A DNA stretch of 64,000 nt from Phoronis australis (lineage: Eukaryota > Animalia > Phoronida), in the NCBI GenBank assembly GCA_002633005.1, contig NMRA01000094.1, forward strand, positions 584,597-648,596, given 5' to 3'. The notes beneath the pieces are model-generated. The model was given only the letters and a program-made list of their open reading frames with translations. It searched no databases and was not told where the DNA came from. Shown one piece after another: positions 25,501 to 35,792 of this stretch. A program made the translations under genes and the position numbers. Each line of letters begins with the position of its first letter. The stretch's first letter is position 1.

Positions 25501-28090
25501 GGCGGACCCCCCCCCCTGGGTGCGCGCATACTATGCCGGATAGAATGAGCACGGTCCAAACACAAATGCATAAGCCTACGTGTCGTATCACTCGATCTGG
25601 TCGAGGGCTTGACATCATTCGCCCTAGAATGAAAGCAGTTTGTTAGTTATTTACGAAATTTGCAAATACACTTACAAGGTGGCGAGTCCTTCATTGTAAC
25701 GCCGTTTTTGTGTTTGGTCGAAACACGATTCCTTGAAATGTGCTGAACAAAGTGTGGCTCCCTACTGAATCGCATGTTCCACGCTGACATTCCACTCTCT
25801 CGTGTGGCGCACAAACCGGTGCATTTCTGTACAACTTTCACATATTTAGGAGATTTGAACACAGAGACGTTCGCAGTGCTGTTACTACAGCCTCCACTAA
25901 CGTACCTTTTCGTGTCTGAAAAAGACGGCTCTCCGCGGACTTTCCCCACAACTCCTCGGTGTCGTACTGGTAAAACAACAACGGCGCAGACGGTCTTCCA
26001 CCCATTACGTACAGTACAACCCCGATAACAGAAAAATATATATATTTTTTTTTTGATTTTTGGCTTGTTCCTTAGCAACAGGTATGCTAACGGCTATCAA
26101 ATCTCTTAAGATGTATGAATAAAATTCTTTTTGAGACACGTTTTTCCGTTCAGTGACTTTACCAGACGTAGAGGGTTGTGAGCGTGTGATTACATCTAGT
26201 TTCTTTGTTAACTGCCAAGCACGGTCTTTTGTCTGGTATGACAACACGCAGACCAATTATCTTTGTTTTGCAGGTGTTTAAAGGTGCAGCCACGTGCTTC
26301 TATGGATTCGTCGGTTTCGACACGATCGCCTCGTCAGGAGAGGAAGCCAACAACCCAAGTAAATCTATTCCTCGGGCAATAGGTGGCACTCTTGGTATAG
26401 TCACTCTAAGCTACATGGGAGTGTCTACAGTGATCACGCTGATGGCACCATGGTACCAGCTTCCCGATGAAGCGGTTTTGCCTACATTGTTTGCTAACTT
26501 GCACATTGGGGGAGTACCGTACCTGATTTCTATTGGGGGTCTTTGTGGTACGTATCTGGCGCGCGCTCAGATGAAGGAATGTTTTACATCATCTTTACGA
26601 CATCTGTTGTGTATGCTCATCTTTATGACATCTGTTGTGTATGCTCATCTTTACGACATCTGTTGTGTATGCTCATCTTTACGACATCTGTTGTGTATGC
26701 TCATCTTTACGACATCTGTTGTGTATGCTCATCTTTACGACATCTGTTGTGTATGCTCAGCTGACTTCTGGCGTATTTTACACTCTTCTCTTGTTTTGAC
26801 CACGGATTTGTAGGGATGTACTTGTTGGTCTATCAAATAACCCTAACACGGCCTAGGTGCAGGACACTATTTGCAGATATTCCATATCTTATATCTTATC
26901 TTATATTATAATCTTATTAAAGCTCAAACTCGAACTGTAAGTTGTAGTCTAATCATGGAAAAGTTTTACATAGACGCATCTGCTAACGCATGACTATTTC
27001 TCTTGCAGGCATGCTCGCATCACTGATTGGTTGCCTATTCCCTGTTCCCAGAATACTTTACTCCATGTCGGAAGATGGACTCCTGTTCGCATTTCTATCG
27101 TCTGTTAATTCACGCACTAAGACTCCACTGGCGGCATCAGCCATCACGGGCACGTTGGCTGCATTTATGTCAATGTTGGTGGACCTTCAAAGTTTGGTTG
27201 AAATGTTTTCTATAGGAACTCTCATGGCCTATACACTAGTCGCCGTGTGCGTAATATTACTTCGGTACAGACCGGAGCACGTGGGAATGTCACATGACTT
27301 GCATCGGGAACTTTCAGAACTTTCACTAAAAAAGTTGTCGCCACCGTCTGAAGATACGGGTCTTCTGCGCGTGGGAGATTCTGTCCAAACAGTCGAATAC
27401 ATTCCCAGTAAAGAGACCACAGTAATTCGTCGAGTTGAACAACCCACCCCTGACGGCAAGCATGTTCTTGCAGAAGAGAAGATTCTCGTGCGAGAGCGCC
27501 ATTATTCCGCATGCGGCAGCCCTTATCAAAACCTAGACTCGACCAACAGTTGTAGTTTCAACAGCTTTAGCAACTTATTCAATGTTGGTGACGAAGCGAC
27601 GACCGAACCAACAGAAAGGACGTCAAAAGTAGTGACTCTATCTTTACTCATTGTTGTCATCTTCACTGTATTTTTGTTTGTGCTAGTAGTGTACGGAGAA
27701 GCATCGATAACGGCAGCCTCGTGGTGGGCAGTTTTGCTAATGGTTATATTTGTCGCCATTGTTATATGCAGCGGTGTTTGTATCTCTTTTCAACCTCAAA
27801 ATGCGACAAGATTGGTGTTTCATTGCCCTCTTGTTCCACTTGTGCCCGTTTTGTCTATTGTAGTCAATGTCGGTCTCATGACTGCCTTGTCGCCAGCTAC
27901 TTGGATAAGATTTGCTGTGTGGATGGCCCTTGGCTTTCTGATATACTTCACGTATGGTATCAGACACAGTAAAGCCAAGGACAGTTACAAGGAGCAAGAG
28001 ACTGTAGTAGTTTATGGAACCTCGGACAAGCAAAGTATTGTGACGAACGATTCGGTGTTAAGTCCAACTGAACCCGAGCGACACCAGTAG
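7403..28090 (+). CDS. Cationic amino acid transporter, SLC7/CAT family (SLC7A1-4/SLC7A14-like); spliced gene span, 5'-partial; join(7403..7522,17392..17587,18107..18221,23818..23955,26274..26547,27009..28090)
   Basis: Six exons with AG/GT boundaries and compatible phases (1,1,2,0,0,1), 1925 nt in total and open to TAG at 28088-28090. CAT motifs present: [102 protein letters not shown]. Confidence 0.95.
8342..8491. mobile_element. ~155-bp MITE family, copy 2 (5-bp TSD)
   Basis: cagaagcggat ... atccgctcctg; flanks attaa/gttaa. Confidence 0.75.
9553..9660 (+). mobile_element. Miniature Helentron-type (HINE-like) end structure
   Basis: 28-nt palindrome ggctcccctatatt/aatatagaggagcc, then hairpin ccgcc-agaa-ggcgg; the half-palindrome plus hairpin is repeated at 9618-9646. 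Confidence 0.4.
10255..10460 (+). mobile_element. End fragment of the Kolobok-like family seen at 38342-39255
   Basis: aaggcaacctttttt..gtcattttagtaaaaata.ggttc..tgattatcccaga..ttaattac matches the TIR at 38342. Confidence 0.7.
10461..11943 (+). mobile_element. Non-autonomous Helentron-type (HINE/DINE-1-like) element, family 1, 3'-truncated
   Basis: 5' hairpin atgcgcccacat-atttat-atgtggacgcat, (CCGT/CCGG)n microsatellite, ~450-bp tandem core of three ~150-bp subunits; cut at a TTAA by the next element. Confidence 0.8.
11948..13080 (+). mobile_element. Kolobok-like transposon remnant with a KolX-like peptide; right end not identified
   Basis: Starts TTAA|AGGAGCATGCC; + strand 12840-13070 reads [36 protein letters not shown]. 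Confidence 0.5.
13080..13162. repeat. 24-bp tandem repeat x3.5
   Basis: ctgcgtatagaagtcaaagctaga. Confidence 0.9.
13604..14014. mobile_element. PIF/Harbinger-like MITE, copy 1
   Basis: TIR ggcccggtctc(t/c)aatcttt; 3-bp TSD CTG; near-identical to 35033-35433. Confidence 0.85.
16558..16973. mobile_element. TTAA-flanked (Kolobok-like) MITE containing a truncated copy of the 155-bp MITE (16808-16929)
   Basis: TTAA|aagggtactaaacc ... ggtttggtatcctt|TTAA. Confidence 0.6.
17392..17587 (+). CDS. CAT transporter exon (TM2-TM3)
   Basis: ttttag|CTCTATGT...CAAAA|gtaaga; [57 protein letters not shown]. Confidence 0.95.
18107..18221 (+). CDS. CAT transporter exon (TM4)
   Basis: tttcag|GGGCATT...GTCAAG|gtatgt; [38 protein letters not shown]. 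Confidence 0.93.
20123..20375. repeat. 31-bp minisatellite x~8
   Basis: tactcagggtacctataaatagctattcata. Confidence 0.95.
23360..23500. repeat. 35-bp minisatellite x4
   Basis: gttaatcactgaacatgttcgtgtttac(a/c)aagtat. Confidence 0.95.
23818..23955 (+). CDS. CAT transporter exon (TM5)
   Basis: tttcag|ATGTCATCG...AAAGGG|gtaaag; [46 protein letters not shown]. Confidence 0.93.
24053..24615. repeat. 46-bp minisatellite x~12
   Basis: catcccaaatgag(a/g)ctg(a/g)gaccaggctggttaccaccctcaccaac. Confidence 0.95.
26274..26547 (+). CDS. CAT transporter exon (TM6-TM8)
   Basis: ttgcag|GTGTTTAAA...CTTTGTG|gtacgt; [36 protein letters not shown]...YLISIGGLC. Confidence 0.95.
26590..26758. repeat. 28-bp minisatellite x6
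   Basis: catctttacgacatctgttgtgtatgct. Confidence 0.95.
27009..28090 (+). CDS. CAT transporter terminal exon (TM8-TM14 and stop)
   Basis: ttgcag|GCATGCTC...CAGTAG; within ORF 26990-28090, with the CAT C-terminal domain [34 protein letters not shown]. Confidence 0.95.
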
Positions 28091-28802
28091 GCATGATGCA
28101 ATTGCGTTAAATGAGAATCAAACCCTTAACTACGTAGGCCGCACCCTCACCACAGGACCTTAACCCCAACCACCCAAAGGCACTATAACCACGGGCTATT
28201 TTAGTACAAGTTACAGAAGCTGGCTACCAAGTTTCTACAGACTATGCGACAATGCAGATTTAGGAGCTTAGTTGCTCTTTAGTTACTCCTTGAGTCATGG
28301 ATATCCGGAACACCTCGGGTATTTTTGTAGCCCGGGTGGCCCCAGTAGTGCAACAACGTGTAACCAACCGGTCTAAATCACAAGTCATTCATTTTCGAGG
28401 GTTCAATCTTCAGCTTTCAGTAAAATGTACTAGGTGATCGCAAGACACCGTCTGCAACAATCTTGTAAACAAAACTGCGAGTTCAGATAGTTTTAGTCTT
28501 CAACTTCGCCTAAGTTACCTAAGTAGGTACATCAGTGGATGAACCGATAACGAAATGGCCTGCGTTATTGAGTTAAAAACGGGTGCCTGTACAAAATGCT
28601 TTACGAACGGATGGGGTCGAGGCTTCCGGTGAAATTGGGTCACTCATCGAAAAAGAGATGTGAAAAGAAAAAAGTCAACCTTGTATTTGCTATCGCCATT
28701 ATTCTTTAACAAAAGCGTGCATGCACTGTGACGTCAGTAATGTCTCGATAGAAATGCGAAAGCAAGAGATTGTCGTTTAAGAACTCGCAACTGGAAATTC
28801 GA

Positions 28803-28851
28803 TGTGTGTGTGCGTGCGTGCGTGCGTGCGTGCGTGCTTACGTGTGTGTGT
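28803..28851. repeat. (TG)n/(TGCG)n microsatellite in the probable 3' UTR
   Basis: tgtgtgtgtgcgtgcgtgcgtgcgtgcgtgcgtgc. Confidence 0.9.
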
Positions 28852-29790
28852 ATTTGTGCCTCTGGGAAATTAGCATAGTAAAGCTTTGAGGGTTGGCAAG
28901 AGACTTGGTTTATTGACAACTTGTGATCTTGAGATTGACTTAACGCTGGATTTCTTTTACGTCATTGTTGCCTGAATTATAAAATGAAGCACTAAAGTAT
29001 TATTATCAGCCTCACTTTCTCTTTTCAAGGTGTCCAGTTAGGCAACGTGTGCTTTGAGTTTCGATACTATTAGACAATATACCGGCAGTTTTCTTGTGGG
29101 TGTTCGGAGCAGTATTTCCCGTTGTCCTCCTCTATTCGAAACTGGCGAGGTATCGGACTGTCAGTGTGTTTCGTACAATCGTGAATTAGAAAATAAGAGT
29201 ACGTGTGAAGAGTCTTCAGGGTAAAGTAAGAAAGTTTCGTTAATTTTTTCTGCACTTCTCATAGGCTTTGACTACGCTGGAAATATTTACCGCACAACAG
29301 GGTTTTCTTGCAAATAAACAGTAGTTTAAAAATATTAAAAACCTATTCTCCTGTTTTAGTTAATGGAGATCCGGATATATGAAGCAGAGCGAGTGTGCTT
29401 TCAATAGCTTAATGTGAAAGAGTTTGTCGAAAAAATGAAAATCGAGGTTACATCGCAAAATGTGAGGAAAATTGCATCTGTACTTCGAAAGCGATGAAGA
29501 GGTGATGATGGAAAACAAAGCCTTACTTCCACGTGGAAAACATGCATCAAAACAGTTGGGGGCAAGATGAAGATGGAAAATAAGCTGCAACCTGAAGAGA
29601 TAAGGCTATCAACAGTGAGATGGACTAAAACCTCAACAGCTGGTCGGACTGGGAGCCTTTTCGACAAAAACGCTTTATTTTTTACACGAATGTACTCTTC
29701 AGCTTTTATCTTCGTAAAATCTGCGAGACTACTGGCTGTCGACATCCGAGTTCATGCTCAACCGTTCCCTGTGACCTTCAGTTACCACCT

Positions 29791-29860
29791 CATGGGTGGC
29801 GCAGCACTGAAAAAAGTGGGGGCAATAGCCTCTCCAGCCACCTATGGTGCGCCGCCCATG
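29791..29860. mobile_element. 70-bp hAT-like MITE with 5-bp TSD
   Basis: CACCT|catgggtggcgca ... tgcgccgcccatg|CACCT; homolog at 46657-46801. Confidence 0.8.
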
Positions 29861-30829
29861 CACCTTACTCGCAGATGCTAGGCACGTTGGTCGGCATTAA
29901 TGTGTGCAAATTTCGGGCATGAGGTCCCCAAACTGTTATTGTTAGGCCTATTAAGTTTTCGAGACGGATTTGACCATTTTACGAAACGAGTTTGTCGTTG
30001 GATTTGGCCGAGATTGTTCAATGTTTTCATACTCTGAGAGGACGTCAAACGCAATAACACGTTAAATTTAGTGACCACGAACGTTAGCCTATTTCTGGAG
30101 AGCGGCAGAAAATTGCAAAACCCAATCGGTTGTCCATTAGCACCAATTAGAGTAAGCTTGACATTACTACAAACACCCTCAACTGATTTCGTTCTAAATG
30201 TTAAGTGTCCTGCACGCCCGACCAGCCTGAAGTAACGACCCCTTTGCGTGAAAATAGCCATCATCTACACACTCGGGGATGAAATGGGGGGTTTGGGCAG
30301 GGGGTGTGGGCAGGGGCTGTAACAGGCGCGACTTGAGTTAATTTGCAAGACAAATTTTGAGCTGAGTCCAGGAGAAAACTGGTTATACTTTCCGAGGAGC
30401 TGGCGGTGTTAAGGATGGTGAGTGGACTGGAAACAGAGACTATAAATGTATAGTAACCTTGTGCTAGTTTCTCACAGTAACCTTTCACACAGGGGCGTAC
30501 CAAGGGGATCTGGGGAGGCTGGGATGGCAGGTGTAATGCACCAGTTATACCTCTCCTCTTCATCGTCCCCACAATTATTCTTTTCGGGTCCCTAAAAGTA
30601 GCGTCAGGAGTGAGGATGGACCTCAAACCCCTAACCATGCTTTGTTTTAGAAGTTGGATGAAGGAAACCGTTCAAGCAAACGAGACCAATTTGAATGGTA
30701 AATGGCCTAAATCAAAAGTTGTTTTGACCAAAACATTCGGGAACGGGTTTATTACGGAATCGACAATATCTAATTAATGGTCACAAAACACATCGGTTTA
30801 CTGTTTTGTGGTTCTGGTCAAAGCAAGTA

Positions 30830-31530
30830 CCTTGTAGCTGCTAGTGCTGGCCACAGTCATAGAAATCAAGCAGATCATCAGTACGATCTTAGCCAGTCGG
30901 CCAAAATCAGCAATTTAGGTGTTATGGCCGGCAGTCATGTCAGAAGCAAGTAATCATGCGCAATCAGTTCTGACCCTCCATTGAAACTTAGGGGTGTTGC
31001 CAAGCTGAAAGATGCACCGTTGTCATGGTAACCATGTATTTTGCTAGCCAAAAACACGAATTTCAGGTTTCAGGGAAAATCCATGTTAGAAGTAGGCAAC
31101 TATGCCCAAAATACTTGGAGTGACTCTTTGTTGAATCTTCGGGGTGTTTACTGAGCTAAACTGGATTTCGTATTATTGCCATGGTAACCAGATATTTTGA
31201 CCGTCAAGATCGCCAATTTTAGGCTTGATGACAGTCGTGTTTCATCAAGCAACCAAGCTCAAAACATTTTAGTGATCTTCCCTAAAAACTTAGGGAAGTG
31301 TCCGCGAAAACCACTTATATTGGAATGACGGCAGTGCACTAGTAGGCTGATAATCCAAAAATGGTTGCCATGGCAACTCATGTATACAAACAGGGAAATA
31401 GTCTGAAAAAGTCTCGTGCAACTAATATAGTAGATTCGCGTAAATCAATTACTGAGAGCTGAGACTTGTGATTCAGATTATGTCAATGCAGCAGCACGAA
31501 AATCCAAAAATGGTTACCATGACAACTAAT
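30830..31530 (+). repeat. Decayed ~155-bp-period repeat with recurring GTTGCCATGGCAAC-like (RFX X-box) palindromes, probably Helentron-type
   Basis: Motifs at 31019, 31175, 31364 and 31513 with shared flanking sequence. Confidence 0.5.
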
Positions 31531-32107
31531 GCAAATGAATCTGTCGATTGCGTCTTTAAAATTGCATTAAACGCACATTGGCAGAATGAATTAGATAAAG
31601 CATAATGTGGTTTCATCAAAGGTGTGGCACGGTTACTAACAGTAGTTTATACTAATCTTACCAATAGTAGTTTATACTACTCTTACCAATAGTAGTTTAT
31701 ACTACCCTTACCAATAGTAGTTTATTCTACTCTTACCAACAGCAGTCTACACTACTCTTACCAATAGTACTTTATACTACCCTTACCAATAGTAGTTTAT
31801 ACTACTCTTACCAATAGTAGTTTATACTACTCTTACCAATAGTAGTTTATACTACTCTTACCAATAGTAGTTTATACTACTCTTACCAATAGTAGTTTAT
31901 ACTACTCTTACCAATAGTAGTTTATACTACTCTTACCAATAGTAGTTTATACTGCTCTTACCAATAGTAGTTTATACTACTCTTACCAATAGTAGTTTAT
32001 ACAACTCTTACCAATAGTTGTTTATACTGCTCTTACCAATAGTAGTTTATACTACTCTTACCAATAGTAGTTTATACTACTTTTACCAACAGCAGTTTAT
32101 ACTACTC

Positions 32108-33144
32108 CACCATGTGCAGATGATAGAATGCCTAGAAAAGGTCGGTATTGATGGCAAAGACATATACGAATTATAACAAATATGTACTGGCACCAAAAAG
32201 CAGCCATCACAATTCAGAACGAGCTTTCTCCATACACGTCAATCAAAAGAGAAGTCAGACAAGGTTGTGTTTTGTCACCATATCTCTTTAACATCTACAC
32301 TGAATTCATATTCCGAGAGAGCAGCAATCTGAAGGGTGTCATTGTTGGCAGCAGAAATATAAATAATTTGAGATATGCAGATGACACAGTTTTCATGGCC
32401 AATAACGAGCAGGACCTGCAACAACTTGTCAGCGTCATTAACAAAAGCAGCAAAAATGGACTGGACAGGAACATTAAGAAAACAAAAATGATGGTGATAT
32501 CAAAAAGGATGGTCTCAAGGCAAACACAGAGATGAATGAAAAGAGACTGGAGCAAGTGGGGCATTTTAAATATCTAGGTCAACATGTCACATAGGATGGC
32601 AGAAGTGATGAAGAAATAAATACGCATCGAAATGGCAAAAGCAAGGTTCATCTTTAGGGCAGGAGTGCTAACATCAAAGAACATCTCCTTCACTCTTAGA
32701 ACAAGACTTGTGAGATGCTACATACATTCTCTACTGCTTTACGGATCTGAGACATGGACAATGAACAAAAACATGGAGAAAAAAATAGAGGCCTTTGAAA
32801 TGTGGACATTCAGACGGATGGCAAGAATCAGCTGGACAGAAAGAAAGACCAACAAAGATGTTTGTAACTTGCTCAAAATTAAACCATCACTCCTAAATAC
32901 AATCCAAACAAGAAAACTGAAATACTTTGGTGACATTGAAAGGAATGACACCATCTGCAAGAATATACTGGAAGGAAAAACAGAAGGGATGAGAGCAAGA
33001 GGTAGACAACGCAGAATGTGGCTGGACGACATCAAGGACTGGACGAATCTATCACTTCAAGAATGTACCAGAAAGGCAAAGAGCAAAGCAGGATGGCGGG
33101 TCATTTCAAGTCTACCACTAGGGAGATGACATCACAGGAATGAA
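32108..33144 (+). mobile_element. 5'-truncated RTE-clade LINE (RT domain with YADD to C-terminus), frameshifted
   Basis: REVRQGCVLSPYLFNIYTE, NNLRYADDTV, LLYGSETWT, IEAFEMWTFRRM, ILEGKTEGMRARGRQR; 23-bp TSD accaacagcagttta(t/c)actactc at 32085-32107 and 33145-33167. Confidence 0.92.
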
Positions 33145-33224
33145 ACCAACAGCAGTTTACACTACTCTTACCAATAGTAGTTTATACCACTCCTGGCAAT
33201 AGCAGTTTATACTACTCTTACCAA

Positions 33225-33636
33225 ACCAGGACCAGGGAACATCTAAATTCTGACAGAGGTTCACATGTAAATATTCATCTACAGAGCTCCAATCATTGTT
33301 ATCAACAGTACTCTTTCAATGACTTTGCAATAATTGACCATGCAGAAACAACAAAGGAGCTTAAAATTCGTGAGGCTCTACACATCAGTTGGTGCAAGCC
33401 CAATCTCAATAGGCAACTGACACACCACAGGTTGTCAATGTTAGTCTAGTTTATTGCTACTTCCTGTAACTGACAGTATCCGTGCTTCATCACTTTGTTG
33501 CTGGGCCTAACTAGGTGGCCACTTATATTCTCTCTTCTGTTGATGGTGTTTAAATAAATGACACCAAAACATGTCAAGTCGATTTAAAACCGTAGTTGTT
33601 TTTATTAATATATGCTGCTACTTGCTATCATGGAGA
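33225..33636 (+). mobile_element. Penelope-like element 3' fragment (GIY-YIG C-terminus plus pLTR)
   Basis: TREHLNSDRGSHVNIHL..NDFAIIDHAETTKELKIREALHISWCKPNLNRQL*; flanked by duplicated tcttaccaa (33216-33224 / 33637-33645). Confidence 0.85.
33534..33578 (+). ncRNA. Degenerate type I minimal hammerhead ribozyme in the Penelope pLTR
   Basis: ctt-CTGTTGA-t-ggtgt(ttaaataaatg)acacc-AAAAC-at-GTC-aag; stems I, II and III and the GUC triplet are present, with two core substitutions. Confidence 0.6.
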
Positions 33637-34325
33637 TCTTACCAATAGCAGTTTATACTACTCTTACCAATAGCATTATTTGAAAATTCAATCATGGGTC
33701 GTCATAGCTGCGGATGTGCATATCCAAGTATGTAACACACATGAACAAAGGATGAGCTTGTTTTATAATAGCACAAAAATGTCTTGTTAAGGATGCAAGT
33801 TTTGTTTGCTCCAGGCAAAAACTAATTCAAGGAACCATATTGCTTTGTTTTATTGCATTTTAGCTGGTAGTACTATTAGTCATTTTTTCATCTTTTAAAA
33901 ACCCGTACAAATAACTCTGTAGCACAAGTTCAAAATGTGCGAAAAAGTATTAAATTTGGCATGGAAAGTCTTTTTCCTTCTTCGTCCTAAAACATTCATT
34001 TTGTTTCCAAACCAATGTTCTCAAAGATGAGCTATTTAATTTTAACTTTATTTAATAATTTGTAAATGAACATAAATTAATAATTAGTATAGTACTATCA
34101 TCTTTTAGTCTTTGTATACTTTGCTTTTCGGGATTTGGTAGTTCTAAAAAATTATCCAAACATTCCACCGAATTATTGAATCCGTGAAATTAGTGAGGAA
34201 GTCAAGGGCTTCATTTTGACATCTGAGTTCTCAGGTTAAAAAGTTTTGACAAAAAATGGCATTCACAACTTGCAGCACGGGAAAATAACTTGTCTAACAT
34301 TCTAGGAAAGAACGACTGTCTCCGA

Positions 34326-34418
34326 TCTACGGAGGTCCCTGTGGTCTATGGAGGTCCCTGTGGTCTATGGAGGTCCCTGTGGTTTACGGAGGTCCCTGTG
34401 GTCTACGGAGGTCCCTGT
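34326..34418. repeat. 19-bp tandem repeat x5
   Basis: tacggaggtccctgtggtc. Confidence 0.9.
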
Positions 34419-34515
34419 GAACATTTTTCCATTTGAAAAACCCTGGCCATCACTGCTAGAGGTCTCACAGTATTGTCAGCCCGGCGATTTAGAGGTTCAC
34501 TCATCGAATATTAAA

Positions 34516-34700
34516 AAACGGACAATCGCCGCACAAATAAAAAAGTTCATGTTCATTCAACGGTTTCGTCTGTTCATTAGACATCATCATGATAATTATA
34601 TACAATAAGACAGCAAGTGTCAACATACCAGTCAGGTAACATCCATGTAGTGAAATGAGATTAGCAAGAGATACAAGGAATAGTAAGTAGGTCGTCATCA
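34516..34700 (-). mobile_element. Solo Penelope pLTR/3' UTR, homologous to 5560-5740, with a hammerhead remnant
   Basis: Aligns by eye with 5560-5740; minus strand ATGATGA-t-gtct-aatgaac-agac-GAAAC. Confidence 0.75.
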
Positions 34701-35032
34701 TCTCTTGCTGCTGGTGAGTCCGTTTTTAATCTTACTACGGCCAAAATCTGATGTAATTTATTCATCGAACTATGGGACATAGATTGTCACCAAAGTTGTT
34801 GATTATGGTATTTATACTGAATACTGATTTTAAAAACAATTTAAACATATCTACAAAGGTTTCATTTTTATGGATTTTCCAAAGTGCACATATGTGATTG
34901 AATCTGGGTTTGCCAACATATCCGGTCTGAAGTGTTATTTTTGAGATGGTAGATTTAGCGACAGAGAAACCCTGAATAAAACGAATAAACGTTGGTTTAT
35001 CATTCAAGTGAGCAAGAATCACATAAGACCTG

Positions 35033-35433
35033 GGCCCGGTCTCTAATCTTTGTACTCGAAACGAACTCGAAACTATTTTTGGCAATTTCTCTGCTCCTTT
35101 TGTGCGAACTTAAGATAATTGGTTATCAGACTGTGCTCGAATACATTATAGTTTATGCATAGGAGTTTCTAGTTCAAGTTTGCCCTTGAAGACCCTTATA
35201 TTCGTGCTACAAACTCGAGTAAAAACTCGAAATTTCGAGTTCAAACTCGAACTTATTGCTTTAATATTGGGTTTACAAACTGTGAACTAAGGGCAATAAA
35301 TTATCTACGTAAGTTATTGTGTACTCGAGCATAGAGTAATAGACACTTATCTTGAGTTCGCCCAGAAGTAGAGTAGAAAATGCCAAACCTAATTTCGAGT
35401 TCCATTTCGAGTAAAAAGATTGGAGACCGGGCC
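35033..35433. mobile_element. PIF/Harbinger-like MITE, copy 2
   Basis: CTG|ggcccggtctc ... gagaccgggcc|CTG; near-identical to 13604-14014. Confidence 0.85.
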
Positions 35434-35633
35434 CTGAGTTGAACCAAAGGCGTTCCCGAGCGACTGAATGTGTGACTGTTCGGCGCGGACACCTCGAGTG
35501 ACATTAGATTTTATAGCGAGAAGTTGAAATTGTTATGAATCAGTCATATTAAATATGATATTCATCTCCACACATTACTTGGTTCAATTGTTTGCATTCA
35601 CTAGTTCCTTGCATGTTTTGAAAGTGGAGAAAT

Positions 35634-35792
35634 CAGGGGCGGATCCAGGATTTTGAGTTAGGGAGGGGGGGCAGGGCAGAGTGTTAGGCAGGATTTTGTC
35701 CGTCAGACATTCGCACCCCCGAACTGCCAAATGGAATCTGGGAGAATTCTTAGGGGGGTGGGGGTCATGGCCCCCCTGTAAATCCGCCAGTG
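35634..35792. mobile_element. ~155-bp MITE family copy (5-bp TSD)
   Basis: GAAAT|caggggcggat ... atccgccagtg|GAAAT. Confidence 0.8.

Larger units (their letters stand above)
31640..33675. repeat. 25-bp satellite array interrupted by two retroelements
   Basis: Unit actactcttaccaatagtagtttat (internal actact/agtagt inverted repeat); about 19 units to 32107, more at 33145-33224 and 33637-33675. Confidence 0.95.

Noticed and set aside
28328-28412. tRNA-like A/B boxes (also minus strand 23645-23745)
   Set aside because: No cloverleaf and no second copy in the window; at most decayed SINE heads.
31640-32107. CRISPR-like look of palindromic 25-46 bp repeats (also 20123, 24053, 49490, 54110)
   Set aside because: Units are head-to-tail without unique spacers, there are no cas genes, and the context is eukaryotic; these are ordinary minisatellites.
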